A stretch of 64,000 bases of DNA from a virus. The stretch lies in the IMG/VR virus record IMGVR_UViG_3300032289_001431, positions 8,532-72,531 of that record. The stretch is one strand, 5' to 3'. Shown in pieces: positions 9,838-19,650 of the stretch; the first letter of the stretch is position 1; each line of letters begins with the position of its first letter. The notes beneath the pieces are model-generated. The model ran no database searches, had not been told where the DNA came from, and saw nothing but the letters and a program-made list of their open reading frames with translations. The position numbers and the translations under genes were made by a program.

Positions 9838-11133
9838 ATGGCATTAAAAATAAAAGAAAATAATGGTAATAACGTTGTATTTCAATACAATCCAGTTAGA
9901 ACTAATATACCAAACCCACCAGCAGCAATGCCAATAGGTATGCCCACCTACAGTTATGCTGGTATGCACCCCGTAAAATTACCAGATCCACCTAAATTGG
10001 AAATGCCAGAAGCAAATTTACCACGAGCCATCAATTACTATGCCGATTATGGTGGTTGTGGGTTTTGGAGAATGGTTTGGCCTGAGTTTCTTATGAATGC
10101 TTACACTAAAGCATGTATGTCAGGTCTTACTCAAATGATTTTAGATTTAAGATTTTATGGTGGCATTAAAGCTATAAGAATGCAACGTCAAGCGACACCC
10201 ATTCAAAGAGATTTTATTAAAGAATTAAAAAAAGCGCAGAGTCATTTTAAATATAGATTAATTTATGAAGTCGATGATATCGTCTTCAAAGATGATATTC
10301 CTGATTACAATCGTTGTAAAGATGCTTTTGTTGATCAAAATATCACCGATAGTATTTTAGAGATCATGCAAACAATGGATGAGATGACTGTTACTTGTAA
10401 ATACATGAAAGAATATTATCAAGATAAAACAGGTAATAAAAACATAACAGTTATTCCAAATTATCCTCCTAAATTCTGGTTAGATCGTTTTTATGAGAAA
10501 GAAAGAATTGAAAGATTGTACGACGAAAACAAAAAACGTCCTAGAATATTGTATTCTGGATCAGGAACACATGTTGATGTGTTAAATCGCACTGGATTGA
10601 ATGATGATTTTAAACACGTTACCGATGCAATTATAAAAGCACGTAAAAAATTTAAATTTGTATGGAAAGGTTGTTTCCCATTGGTACTAAAACCATATAT
10701 TGATAACGGCGATATGGAATATATCGATTGGTCACCCCTTCATGATTATCCAAAAGGTCTTTATGATACAAATTGTAACGTATCTTTTGCACCATTGATT
10801 GATAATGTTTTTAATAAATCAAAATCTAATATTAAAATGATAGAAGCTGGTGGTTTAGGTATGCCGGGAGTATATCAAGACCTTTGTACATACGAAGAAG
10901 CTGAATTTAAATTCAAAACTGGTGATGATTTAATTCAACAGCTTGAGTATATAACATCTGATCATAGCCGATATATGAGATTATCAGAAAAAGCCAGAAA
11001 ATTCACTGAAGGATTGTGGTTAGAAGACCATTTAGACGAATATGAAGCAATGTATTTTACCGAATGGGGTTCAAAAGAAAGAAAAAAAATGGCTCCAAAA
11101 CTTATATTAAACAATCCAGATCAAGATTCTTGA
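9838..11133 (+). CDS. GT-B fold glycosyltransferase
   Basis: DYGGCGFWRMVWP, MQRQ, YEVDDI, VIPNY, ILYSGSGTH, APLIDNVFNKSKSNIKMIEAG. Confidence 0.8.
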   Translation: MALKIKENNGNNVVFQYNPVRTNIPNPPAAMPIGMPTYSYAGMHPVKLPDPPKLEMPEANLPRAINYYADYGGCGFWRMVWPEFLMNAYTKACMSGLTQMILDLRFYGGIKAIRMQRQATPIQRDFIKELKKAQSHFKYRLIYEVDDIVFKDDIPDYNRCKDAFVDQNITDSILEIMQTMDEMTVTCKYMKEYYQDKTGNKNITVIPNYPPKFWLDRFYEKERIERLYDENKKRPRILYSGSGTHVDVLNRTGLNDDFKHVTDAIIKARKKFKFVWKGCFPLVLKPYIDNGDMEYIDWSPLHDYPKGLYDTNCNVSFAPLIDNVFNKSKSNIKMIEAGGLGMPGVYQDLCTYEEAEFKFKTGDDLIQQLEYITSDHSRYMRLSEKARKFTEGLWLEDHLDEYEAMYFTEWGSKERKKMAPKLILNNPDQDS

Positions 11134-11157
11134 CCATTTGTAAATTTATGCCATAAT
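11130..11157 (+). promoter_or_regulatory. Sigma70-like promoter of DNA polymerase
   Basis: TTGACC-N16-CATAAT, ATG 6 nt downstream. Confidence 0.6.
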
Positions 11158-11163
11158 AAGTAT

Positions 11164-13734
11164 ATGGCGTATAGAAACGTTTATTATGATTCCCGAAATG
11201 GTGCTATGCACCTGTGGACTTGGGATGATGATGGTAACAGAATTACTCGTGTTACTAGTTATGAGCCATATTTATACATTGAATCTGAGCACGGTACAGA
11301 TGCTACATCTGTTTTTAAAACTCCCCTTAAAAAGTTAATATTTAAAAATCAAAAAGCTAGAAAATCTTACGTTGAAACGACACCAATTACGAGATTATTT
11401 TACAATCTTGAAATTCAACAGCAATTTTTACTTGAAACTTTTAAAGATGATATTGATAAGCCGGGATTTGGAACACAACCACTCAAAATTTTTTATCTTG
11501 ATATTGAAACTTATGCAACTGATCACTTTGCATCACCAGAAATAGCTAGTGATCCTGTAAACCTTATAACGGTTTATGATTCTTTATCAAAACAGTATTA
11601 TACTTGGGGTTGTAAAAATTATTCCACATTAGAAGAAGACGTAACTTATATTAAATGTAAAGATGAAAGAGATTTGTTAAAGAGTTTTGTTAATTTTTGG
11701 AGAAACGACCCACCTGATATTGTTACCGGATGGAACGTTCATGGGTATGATATACCATACATCATGAATAGATTGTCGAAAATATTTGAAGATGATTATA
11801 AAGAAAAATTATCACCAGTTAACAAGCTTTGGTTACAAGAAAAAGCATCTATTAACAAATTAGGTAGAGAACTTGACAGATGGCACGTTGCGGGTGTCAG
11901 TATTATCGATTATATGGATCTCTATGAAACTCTTTGTGGTGGAAAAAGAGAGTCAATGTCTTTAAATTATATATCAGAATATGAATTAGGTGAGTCTAAA
12001 ATAGCTATTGGTAGCACATCATTATCAACTCTTGCTGATACTGATTGGTTTAAGTTTACAGATTACAATATTCAAGACGTACGCTTGCTGGTAATGCTTG
12101 AAAACAAGTTAAAATACTTGCAACTCATTAGAAATCTTGCATATCGTGGATTTATTCCATTTCAAAAATCAATGGGTAAAGTTTCAATGATTACTGGTGC
12201 TGTTGCACATCAAGCATTATCACAAAACATGATAATTCCTACATTTAACGTGGATAATGTGAAACAAGATTTTGCTGGTGGTTTTGTTTATGAACCAGTA
12301 AAAGGTTTATATGATGATGTTGTGACGTATGATGCTAATAGTTTGTATCCAAATACAATTATTACTTTAAATATATCAACTGAAACCAAAATAGGCAAAA
12401 TTATTGCTCGAAGTAAAGATGGTATTACTTTAAAATTAACTAATAATAAAATTGTAGATCTTACTAATGAAAAATTTGAAGAAATAGTTAAATCTGAGAA
12501 ACTTTGCATAACAAAAGCTGATGTTTTGTATACACAAAGATTTAAAGGAGTCGTACCTACCCTTATTGATAAATTATACTCTGAAAGAGTAAAGGCAAAA
12601 GATAAAACATTACAAGCTAAACTCAAATTAAAAAAAGCAAAAACACCAGAAGATAAACAAAAGTACCAAGAAGAGGTTAATGATAACGATACATTGTCAA
12701 ATGTGTATAAAGTATTTTTAAACTCAATATATGGTGTATTTTCTAACATATTTTCACCTCTATTTGACATTGATCATGCGGAAAGTGTAACGTTATCGGG
12801 TCAAGCGGTTGTTAAAAAGGGTCCAGAAATTATATATGAGTATGCCAAACGATCTGGGTTTTCTGGTAAGTTGGAAGATATTTTAATTTATCAAGATACT
12901 GACAGTGAATTCTTTTCATTTAAAGAAATATTACAAAATAAAAACACTTCTCTACTAAAAGACGGAGAAATCACCAAAGAAGCATACGATATTATCGATG
13001 AATATGGTAAAGTTTTAAATAATGGAATTAACGAATGGGCTAAATTAGAATTTAAATCAATCGACCCTCGTTATGTTTTTAAACGAGAAAAAATATGTGA
13101 CGTTGCGTTACTTCAAGCTAAAAAATTCTACATTCTTCACATTTTAGACAAAGATGGCGTTAAAACCGAAGAGTTTGAATACAAAGGGATTGAAGTTGCC
13201 AAAGCAACTTTATCAAAAGAAGTTAAAGAATTGATTAAAAATGTTATAGAATCAGCAATTATTGCTAAAAATAGAAAAATAGCGATTCATTTGTTTCAAG
13301 AGGGATATGAAAAATTTTGTAATATGTCTACAATTGAAATTGCTACGAGAAAAAAGATTAATAATTATGAAAAATACAGCAATATGATTGATGGTAATGG
13401 TGGTTTTGGTAAAGGAACTCCCGGTCATGCTAAAAGTTGTATTAATTTTAATGATGCTCTTAAAAAATTAAAAATTGATGATAAATATCCAGCAATTGCT
13501 AATGGAACTAAGATTAAATTTTTTTATTGCAAGAAAAACATATATGCATATGAGACAATGGGTTTTATAGATGAATATCCAAAGGAGTTACTTGCAGTGA
13601 TTAAGCCTGATTATCGTTTTATGTTTGAAAAAAACGTAGTTCCGCTATTAACAAGGATATTTAACGTTATTGGTTGGCCTACTCCCGCAATTGGGTGCGA
13701 AGAGGCTACAGATTTAACAGAATTATTTTCATGA
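11164..13734 (+). CDS. gp43: Family B DNA polymerase (T4 gp43-like)
   Basis: Exo motifs DIET, GWN..GYDIPY, YNIQD; Pol motifs DANSLYP, K..LNSIYG, YQDTDS; no intein. Confidence 0.97.
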   Translation: MAYRNVYYDSRNGAMHLWTWDDDGNRITRVTSYEPYLYIESEHGTDATSVFKTPLKKLIFKNQKARKSYVETTPITRLFYNLEIQQQFLLETFKDDIDKPGFGTQPLKIFYLDIETYATDHFASPEIASDPVNLITVYDSLSKQYYTWGCKNYSTLEEDVTYIKCKDERDLLKSFVNFWRNDPPDIVTGWNVHGYDIPYIMNRLSKIFEDDYKEKLSPVNKLWLQEKASINKLGRELDRWHVAGVSIIDYMDLYETLCGGKRESMSLNYISEYELGESKIAIGSTSLSTLADTDWFKFTDYNIQDVRLLVMLENKLKYLQLIRNLAYRGFIPFQKSMGKVSMITGAVAHQALSQNMIIPTFNVDNVKQDFAGGFVYEPVKGLYDDVVTYDANSLYPNTIITLNISTETKIGKIIARSKDGITLKLTNNKIVDLTNEKFEEIVKSEKLCITKADVLYTQRFKGVVPTLIDKLYSERVKAKDKTLQAKLKLKKAKTPEDKQKYQEEVNDNDTLSNVYKVFLNSIYGVFSNIFSPLFDIDHAESVTLSGQAVVKKGPEIIYEYAKRSGFSGKLEDILIYQDTDSEFFSFKEILQNKNTSLLKDGEITKEAYDIIDEYGKVLNNGINEWAKLEFKSIDPRYVFKREKICDVALLQAKKFYILHILDKDGVKTEEFEYKGIEVAKATLSKEVKELIKNVIESAIIAKNRKIAIHLFQEGYEKFCNMSTIEIATRKKINNYEKYSNMIDGNGGFGKGTPGHAKSCINFNDALKKLKIDDKYPAIANGTKIKFFYCKKNIYAYETMGFIDEYPKELLAVIKPDYRFMFEKNVVPLLTRIFNVIGWPTPAIGCEEATDLTELFS

Positions 13735-14378
13735 AAACTAAATTAATATCATTAACAACGCCTCAAATTGAATCTACAATATCCACACCAGAAGATTTAA
13801 TTATTTATTGTGCAAGAGTTTCAAATCCTAGTAATCAATTAAACAAAGAATCTTCTCCAAAATTAATAAATTATTTAATTAAACATAAACATTGGAGTCC
13901 ATTTGAAATGGCATCTATGTGTATAGAAATTCAAACATCAAGAGCTATCGCAGCGCAAATATTAAGGCATCGTAGCTTTTCTTTTCAAGAATTTAGTCAA
14001 AGATATTCTGAAGTAACAAAACTAGAACCAATTGAATTTAGAAAGCAAGGAAAGACAAATCGACAAGTGGGAGATGAGGAAGTTCAACTTACATCATTCC
14101 AAGCAAGTATCGTTGACAATGCAGAGAAAGCTTGTCTTGCCGCTTATGAACATCTTATTGATTCTGGTATCGCAAAAGAATGTGCAAGAATGATTCTTCC
14201 ATTGAGCACACAAACAACAATGTATATGTCAGGTTCCATTCGATCTTGGATTCATTATTTAGAAATTAGAACCAAAGAAGACACACAAAAAGAACATAGA
14301 GAAATAGCAAATGGTATTAAATCAATTTTTATAGAAAAATTTCCACAAATTTCTTACGCATTAGGATGGAAATTGTGA
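13731..14378 (+). CDS. thyX: FAD-dependent thymidylate synthase
   Basis: HWSPFE, RHRSFSFQEFSQRY, KECAR, TQKEHR. Start moved to ATG 13731 (ATGA overlap with the polymerase stop). Confidence 0.95.
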   Translation: MKTKLISLTTPQIESTISTPEDLIIYCARVSNPSNQLNKESSPKLINYLIKHKHWSPFEMASMCIEIQTSRAIAAQILRHRSFSFQEFSQRYSEVTKLEPIEFRKQGKTNRQVGDEEVQLTSFQASIVDNAEKACLAAYEHLIDSGIAKECARMILPLSTQTTMYMSGSIRSWIHYLEIRTKEDTQKEHREIANGIKSIFIEKFPQISYALGWKL

Positions 14379-14699
14379 TTTTACAAAATCTTTAAAAGAT
14401 AATCTTTCATTATCTTTTGATCTTTTGATATAAGCTTTTAATTTTGTCATTTCTGATGAAAATTCTTCAGGTGACATAATATCATTTGTTTTTATTTCAT
14501 GTTCTTTTTTAATATCTTCTAATTTTTTTTGTACATTTTCTTTTGCTTCTTGTTCAGATATATAACCAGAAAATTTATAAGTTTTATAATAATTTTTACC
14601 TTTAGATGGGTCAGCTATTTGAATAATAAGATCATAATCATCAGATATATGAGGATTACTTTTTTGTATTTTATAAAAATATTTAGAAAAATTTAACAT
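14361..14699 (-). CDS. Hypothetical protein
   Basis: 112-aa ORF with TAAATA motif 6 nt upstream. Confidence 0.55.
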   Translation of the reverse strand: MLNFSKYFYKIQKSNPHISDDYDLIIQIADPSKGKNYYKTYKFSGYISEQEAKENVQKKLEDIKKEHEIKTNDIMSPEEFSSEMTKLKAYIKRSKDNERLSFKDFVKSQFPS

Positions 14700-14755
14700 T
14701 TTTAATATTTACCCATTGACTATTATACATAATATGTTAAATTTATATAACAATT

Positions 14756-15157
14756 ATGAGTAATACAACAACAACAACAGAAAACAAATTAATCGTAATC
14801 CTAGACACTATTGGTAGGACAATTCTTGGTCAAGAAGCTCCTTCTACAAAAGGAAACTTGAACATTAAAAATCCTGTCATTCTTCATATTGTCCCTGCTG
14901 ACAATACCGGAAAGATGTCAGTTCAACTCCTTCCTCTCTTTTTCAGAGAGTTCTTGGGAGATAAGTCCGCAGATGTCGTATTTACATACGACTCTTCGAG
15001 AATAACAACAACAGATATCGACGCATTAGATTTCCGTTTACAGACACAATATGCACAAATGTTCAACCCACAAAACGCATTTGTCACAGCAGATGTGGCT
15101 GCTGCTCAACCAGCACCAGAACCCACTGAAAGAGTAGTTAATTTATTTGACGAATAA
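14756..15157 (+). CDS. Hypothetical phage protein
   Basis: 133 aa, own sigma70-like promoter (TTGACT 14716, TAAATT 14738), followed by a hairpin. Confidence 0.7.
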   Translation: MSNTTTTTENKLIVILDTIGRTILGQEAPSTKGNLNIKNPVILHIVPADNTGKMSVQLLPLFFREFLGDKSADVVFTYDSSRITTTDIDALDFRLQTQYAQMFNPQNAFVTADVAAAQPAPEPTERVVNLFDE

Positions 15158-15180
15158 CAAATTTTTCAGTATTCATCAAA

Positions 15181-15216
15181 AAAAACCTCAGATTGTCTTT
15201 GACAGTCTGAGGTTTT
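15181..15216 (+). terminator. Intrinsic terminator-like hairpin overlapping the uvsX -35 box
   Basis: AAAACCTCAGATTGTC-TTT-GACAGTCTGAGGTTTT inverted repeat. Confidence 0.7.
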
Positions 15217-15233
15217 CTGTTAATATATTGTAT

Positions 15234-16334
15234 ATGGCTAAGAAAAAAATTGAAGAAAATATAGAAACTAATACCGGAAATATCATGGATGCATTTAATG
15301 TTCTAGATGATCTTAATCCAGAGGCAGCATTTCTTGATGAAAACAGTTTATCTAACGTTAAAGAATGGATTGATACTGGATCATTGGCATTAAACGCAAT
15401 CATATCAGGTTCTATCTACGGGGGAATTCCAATGGGTCGCCTTACGGGTTTTATTGGACCAGAATCTTGTGGAAAAACACTGATGGCTAATAAAATTATG
15501 GCAAATGCTCAAAAAAAAGGAATGCACGTTGCATATTTTGACACCGAAGGCGCATTAGACGAAGATACAGCAAAAAGACTTGGATGTGACACCTCAAAAA
15601 TCAAACATGTCCCATCACAATTGACTGAACAATGCAGAAATCAAGTTGTAAAGTTTCTACAAACTGTCATCGAAAAAAATCTGCAAGGCAAAGTTCTTAT
15701 TGTCATCGATTCTCTTGGTAATTTGATTACAACCCAAGAACAAAAGAAGATCGATGAGGGTTCTGATACTCCTGATATGGGAAATCGTGCAAAAGCTTTG
15801 AAAAGCATGTTAAGAGCAATCACGCAAGTAGCATCAAAGGCTAATTGTCCTGTTGTTTTTACCAATCATATCTATGATGATCCATCACAACTTCATCCTT
15901 CTGCTTTAAAGAAACAAGCTGGTGGTTCTGGACCTCTTTATATGGCATCTGTGATTGTTCAGATGGCAAAGAAGGCTGAAAGATCAAGTGATAGTAAGAA
16001 TAAGGATTCTAATGACACGGTTACACCTCTATCAAAGGACATTAATGGACTTACATTGAGAGCATTTACGACTAAAAATCGTTTTGTGCCACCATTCCTT
16101 GAGACTGAGATGTATTTAAACTTTAGAACAGGTCTTAATAAGTATTCGGGCTTGTTAGAGATGTGTGAGGGTTATGGTATTCTTGAAAAACAAGGACATA
16201 GACATGCTTTCAATGGTGAAATTTTAGGTTTCTTTAAAGATTGGAAAACAGATGAAGTCGTTTGGGGAAAAATTCTCCCTGCACTTGAAGAAAAACTTAA
16301 AGTGGAACTTACATTTAAAAACGAAGTCCAATGA
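15234..16334 (+). CDS. uvsX: RecA-like recombinase
   Basis: IDTGSLALNAIISG, GPESCGKT, YFDTE, VIDSLG, DMGNRAK, GGSGPLY. Start moved to ATG 15234, after the promoter. Confidence 0.93.
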   Translation: MAKKKIEENIETNTGNIMDAFNVLDDLNPEAAFLDENSLSNVKEWIDTGSLALNAIISGSIYGGIPMGRLTGFIGPESCGKTLMANKIMANAQKKGMHVAYFDTEGALDEDTAKRLGCDTSKIKHVPSQLTEQCRNQVVKFLQTVIEKNLQGKVLIVIDSLGNLITTQEQKKIDEGSDTPDMGNRAKALKSMLRAITQVASKANCPVVFTNHIYDDPSQLHPSALKKQAGGSGPLYMASVIVQMAKKAERSSDSKNKDSNDTVTPLSKDINGLTLRAFTTKNRFVPPFLETEMYLNFRTGLNKYSGLLEMCEGYGILEKQGHRHAFNGEILGFFKDWKTDEVVWGKILPALEEKLKVELTFKNEVQ

Positions 16335-16347
16335 TGAAAGTTATAAA

Positions 16348-16376
16348 TTGCTTTTTGTGTAAATGCAATTTATAAT
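16348..16376 (+). promoter_or_regulatory. Sigma70-like promoter of helicase
   Basis: TTGCTT-N17-TATAAT, ATG 6 nt downstream. Confidence 0.65.
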
Positions 16377-16382
16377 GTCTTT

Positions 16383-17777
16383 ATGTCAGAAAAGAATCTA
16401 TCGTTAGATCTGGATTATTTTGAAAAAATAGTCATGTACAATGCTTTGTTTGATCAAAGTTATCTTGAAACTATTATTGATTTCATTAATCCCATTTTTT
16501 TTAAAGATAAAAATATTAATATTGTTTTTACAATTCTTAAATCGTTTTATATTGAAAATAGACACGTTCCAAACGTCACAGAATTAAAAGCACATCTTGT
16601 TACACAAGAACAAAGGGATGCTTTGAAGCAAACTGTTATGTCTTTTAACGGTATTGATAAAAACTACAATAAAGATTTGCTTATAAAAAACACTGAACGA
16701 TTTTTAAGGGAAAAATCAGTTCTTACGACTGTATTAGAAACATCATTAGATGTTAATTCTGGTCATATTGATAATGCAAAGATACTTAAGAAGTTTGAAA
16801 AGGCATGTAGTATATCTTTAATTGATAATATTGGAATGGATTATCTTGAAGATATCGATAAACACTGCTCTGATCTTAATAAATCATTTAATACCATTTC
16901 AAGTGGTTGGAAATGGCTTGATAATCATATTGGAGGTGGATTTATGTCAGAGGGTAGAGCACTTTATGTGTTTTTTGGACAAACTAATGTTGGTAAATCT
17001 ATTTTTCTTGGTAATATTGCAACAAATATTCTTAGTCAGAATAAAACAGTTGTTTTAATTTCACTGGAAATGCCTGAACAGGTTTATGCAAAAAGAATAT
17101 CCGCACAGTTATCTAAAATACCGTTTGATGATTTAAAACTTCAAGTAGATCCACTTAAAAAGCATCTTAATGAATATAAAATTAAAAATAGTAAATCTAA
17201 ATTAATTGTAAAAGAATTTGCACCACAATCTTTAAGTGTTCTTCATTTAAAGACGTATGTAAACAAATTAATACAAAAGGGAATCAAACCAGACGCTATT
17301 ATTGTTGATTATATTAATCTTTTGATGCCAGCATCTGCTGGATTAAGTTCATATGAGTCTATTAAAAAAATCACTGAAGGTTTAAGGGCTTTAACATATG
17401 AGTTTAACTGTCCTATAATATCTGCGACACAAGCAAACCGAGCCGCTATTAATACACCACAGCCCGATATGGGAAAAACTAGCGAATCTATGGGTTTAGC
17501 GCACACTGTCGATGCTATGATGTCAATTTGGACAGAAGAAGGTGATTCTGATCTTGGTATTATTCACATGGGGATAGAAAAAAACCGTTTTGGCCCTAGA
17601 GAAGTATATACACATCTTAATATCGATTATCCAACTCTTGCATTGAGTGAACCCGATCAATCTGTTCAACAATATAGCGTTAAAAGTACATCACCAAATA
17701 TGAATATGAATTTAGATGATGAAATTGGTTCTAGTATATCGGATACTTTAAATTTAATTGATAAATTAAGCAATTAA
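16383..17777 (+). CDS. gp41: DnaB-like replicative helicase (T4 gp41-like)
   Basis: GQTNVGKS, ISLEM, VDYINL, ATQANR, SESMG, KNRFG. Confidence 0.93.
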   Translation: MSEKNLSLDLDYFEKIVMYNALFDQSYLETIIDFINPIFFKDKNINIVFTILKSFYIENRHVPNVTELKAHLVTQEQRDALKQTVMSFNGIDKNYNKDLLIKNTERFLREKSVLTTVLETSLDVNSGHIDNAKILKKFEKACSISLIDNIGMDYLEDIDKHCSDLNKSFNTISSGWKWLDNHIGGGFMSEGRALYVFFGQTNVGKSIFLGNIATNILSQNKTVVLISLEMPEQVYAKRISAQLSKIPFDDLKLQVDPLKKHLNEYKIKNSKSKLIVKEFAPQSLSVLHLKTYVNKLIQKGIKPDAIIVDYINLLMPASAGLSSYESIKKITEGLRALTYEFNCPIISATQANRAAINTPQPDMGKTSESMGLAHTVDAMMSIWTEEGDSDLGIIHMGIEKNRFGPREVYTHLNIDYPTLALSEPDQSVQQYSVKSTSPNMNMNLDDEIGSSISDTLNLIDKLSN

Positions 17778-17794
17778 TCTAAATAAACAACGTA

Positions 17795-18688
17795 ATGGAT
17801 ATAAAAAAAACATATCAAATTTTTACTCATAAAGATTTAGATGGGGCGGTCAGTCTTTTGACTTTTTTATGGTCTAAACCTGAAGCTCAAGTTACATATA
17901 GAGAAATTACAAACGTACAAATTGATATAATTAAAGACTATATACAAAAAACTTGCAATCCACCTGAAATTATAATCATGGATCTTTCCTTAAGAGAAGA
18001 AATGTTACCCGAACTTGATTATGAATATATAACATTTATAGATCACCATGTTAGAAGTTCAAAATATATTCCCTTGTTTAAACAAGCAAAAATACTTCAT
18101 GGTGATTATACATCAAATTCTATTTTTGTAAGAAAATTATTTAAAAACATAGCACCAGAGTTTACAGATGCACAAAAAAAATTATTATTATTAGCTGATG
18201 ATCATGATAGTGGTAATAATAATTTTCAAGATTCATATGATTTAAATATTTTGTTTTGGACGCAATTTAAAAACGAATTTTGTTATTTTTGTAATTATTA
18301 TAAAGATGGTTTTAGAGAATTTACTCCAAAACAAAAAGAAATTATCAAACATGCTAAAGATGATGCCAAAATAAAATTAACTCAAACTAATTGTTATGCT
18401 GGTGAACTAATAATCGAAGGAACCCCACAAAAAATAATAGCAGCAACTACTGAAAATTTTAATAATATCGTAATGGATTCATTAATGAGCATACATAAAC
18501 CAGATATATTGTTCTATATCAATACAAAAACGGAAAAAGTAAGTATGAGGCAAAGAAAAAGCGATAAAAATATTGATTTAGCTGCATTTGCAGACAAATA
18601 TTGCAACGGAAATGGTCATAGGTACGCTGCTGGTGGAAAAATAACACCATTATTCATGGAAATGACCAAAAAACTTAAAGCATTATGA
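17795..18688 (+). CDS. DHH/DHHA1-family phosphoesterase
   Basis: THKDLDG, MDLS, IDHH, SMR, GNGHRYAAG. Confidence 0.85.
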   Translation: MDIKKTYQIFTHKDLDGAVSLLTFLWSKPEAQVTYREITNVQIDIIKDYIQKTCNPPEIIIMDLSLREEMLPELDYEYITFIDHHVRSSKYIPLFKQAKILHGDYTSNSIFVRKLFKNIAPEFTDAQKKLLLLADDHDSGNNNFQDSYDLNILFWTQFKNEFCYFCNYYKDGFREFTPKQKEIIKHAKDDAKIKLTQTNCYAGELIIEGTPQKIIAATTENFNNIVMDSLMSIHKPDILFYINTKTEKVSMRQRKSDKNIDLAAFADKYCNGNGHRYAAGGKITPLFMEMTKKLKAL

Positions 18689-18978
18689 TTATAACATCCT
18701 CTCAGCAACTAGAATCACTCACAAATCCAGCAAATGCTTTAAATATTGAAGAATTTGAAGAGATAACTTTAAAATTTGGAGCATTTGTCTGTATATGCAA
18801 GGGTAAAAAAATGAATTATCTTAATTTTTTAAAATTTTTAGTTGACGATAAGAAGACACAGAAGATATACTTTGCATTATTGGGTGAATACAACCTTCAA
18901 GGTATCATAAGAGCATATTTAAGCTCAACGCCAAACGTTTATAAAAAAATATTTCGATCAAAGTTAAACAAAAAATGA
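18685..18978 (+). CDS. Hypothetical protein
   Basis: 97 aa with ATGA overlaps on both sides. Confidence 0.65.
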   Translation: MIITSSQQLESLTNPANALNIEEFEEITLKFGAFVCICKGKKMNYLNFLKFLVDDKKTQKIYFALLGEYNLQGIIRAYLSSTPNVYKKIFRSKLNKK

Positions 18979-19643
18979 ATAATTTTACTGATTTAAACAA
19001 AAAAGTATATAATTGTTATCTTAAAAATTATAGAAGGGGTGAACCATACAAACAACGTAAAGATTTTTCAAATATAAACCCAAACACCGCAACATCTATT
19101 ATAAAAATATCAAATTTTTTAAAGAAATTCCCACACATTAAGTGCGATGATTTCTTTGAGGCTCCTGTTTTTTTATATCCTAATGATAAATATCCACCTT
19201 TAAACTCATTTACAACAAGAGCAGCATTAAAAAACTATGCTATGTATCAAAAACAAAAGGAAGATCGTAGTCCTGACAAGCAACATGATGAGATTAAAGA
19301 GAGTTTACGGTTTATTGGTATGTATTGTATTGATAAAAAAATTAATTTGGATGCGTATCTTTATAAAAAATCAGGATACATCTATGCGTGGTTAGATCAT
19401 TATAGGGAACATAGAGTAAATCCATATTGTTTGTTTGAGTTGGGCGATGTTTTTTCCATATTAAACACCATTCCAAAAGATGAACTTTATTTGTTTGCGA
19501 CAAATTTATACGAAGCATTGGTATCATACAAAAACAAATACGATAAATGCTTAAAAACAAAAGAATTTATAAGAGATGGTGTTAAAAAAGTTAAGTTTTT
19601 TGTGGAAAAAGAGTTGACGAATACGCCAAATGTGATAATATAA
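18975..19643 (+). CDS. Hypothetical protein, possibly gp59-like helicase loader
   Basis: About 220 aa, basic and helical, directly upstream of gp32 as gp59 is in T4-like phages; positional inference only. Confidence 0.4.
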   Translation: MNNFTDLNKKVYNCYLKNYRRGEPYKQRKDFSNINPNTATSIIKISNFLKKFPHIKCDDFFEAPVFLYPNDKYPPLNSFTTRAALKNYAMYQKQKEDRSPDKQHDEIKESLRFIGMYCIDKKINLDAYLYKKSGYIYAWLDHYREHRVNPYCLFELGDVFSILNTIPKDELYLFATNLYEALVSYKNKYDKCLKTKEFIRDGVKKVKFFVEKELTNTPNVII

Positions 19644-19650
19644 ATAGATT

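Noticed and set aside
13674-15233. N-terminal extensions of thyX (from 13674) and uvsX (from 15147) given in the ORF track
   Set aside because: They start at non-ATG codons inside upstream genes or run across a terminator/promoter; ATG 13731 and ATG 15234 fit coupling and promoter spacing.
10845-18636. Chi-like GCTGGTGG octamers
   Set aside because: The occurrences seen coincide with in-frame Ala-Gly-Gly codons; no evidence of enrichment.
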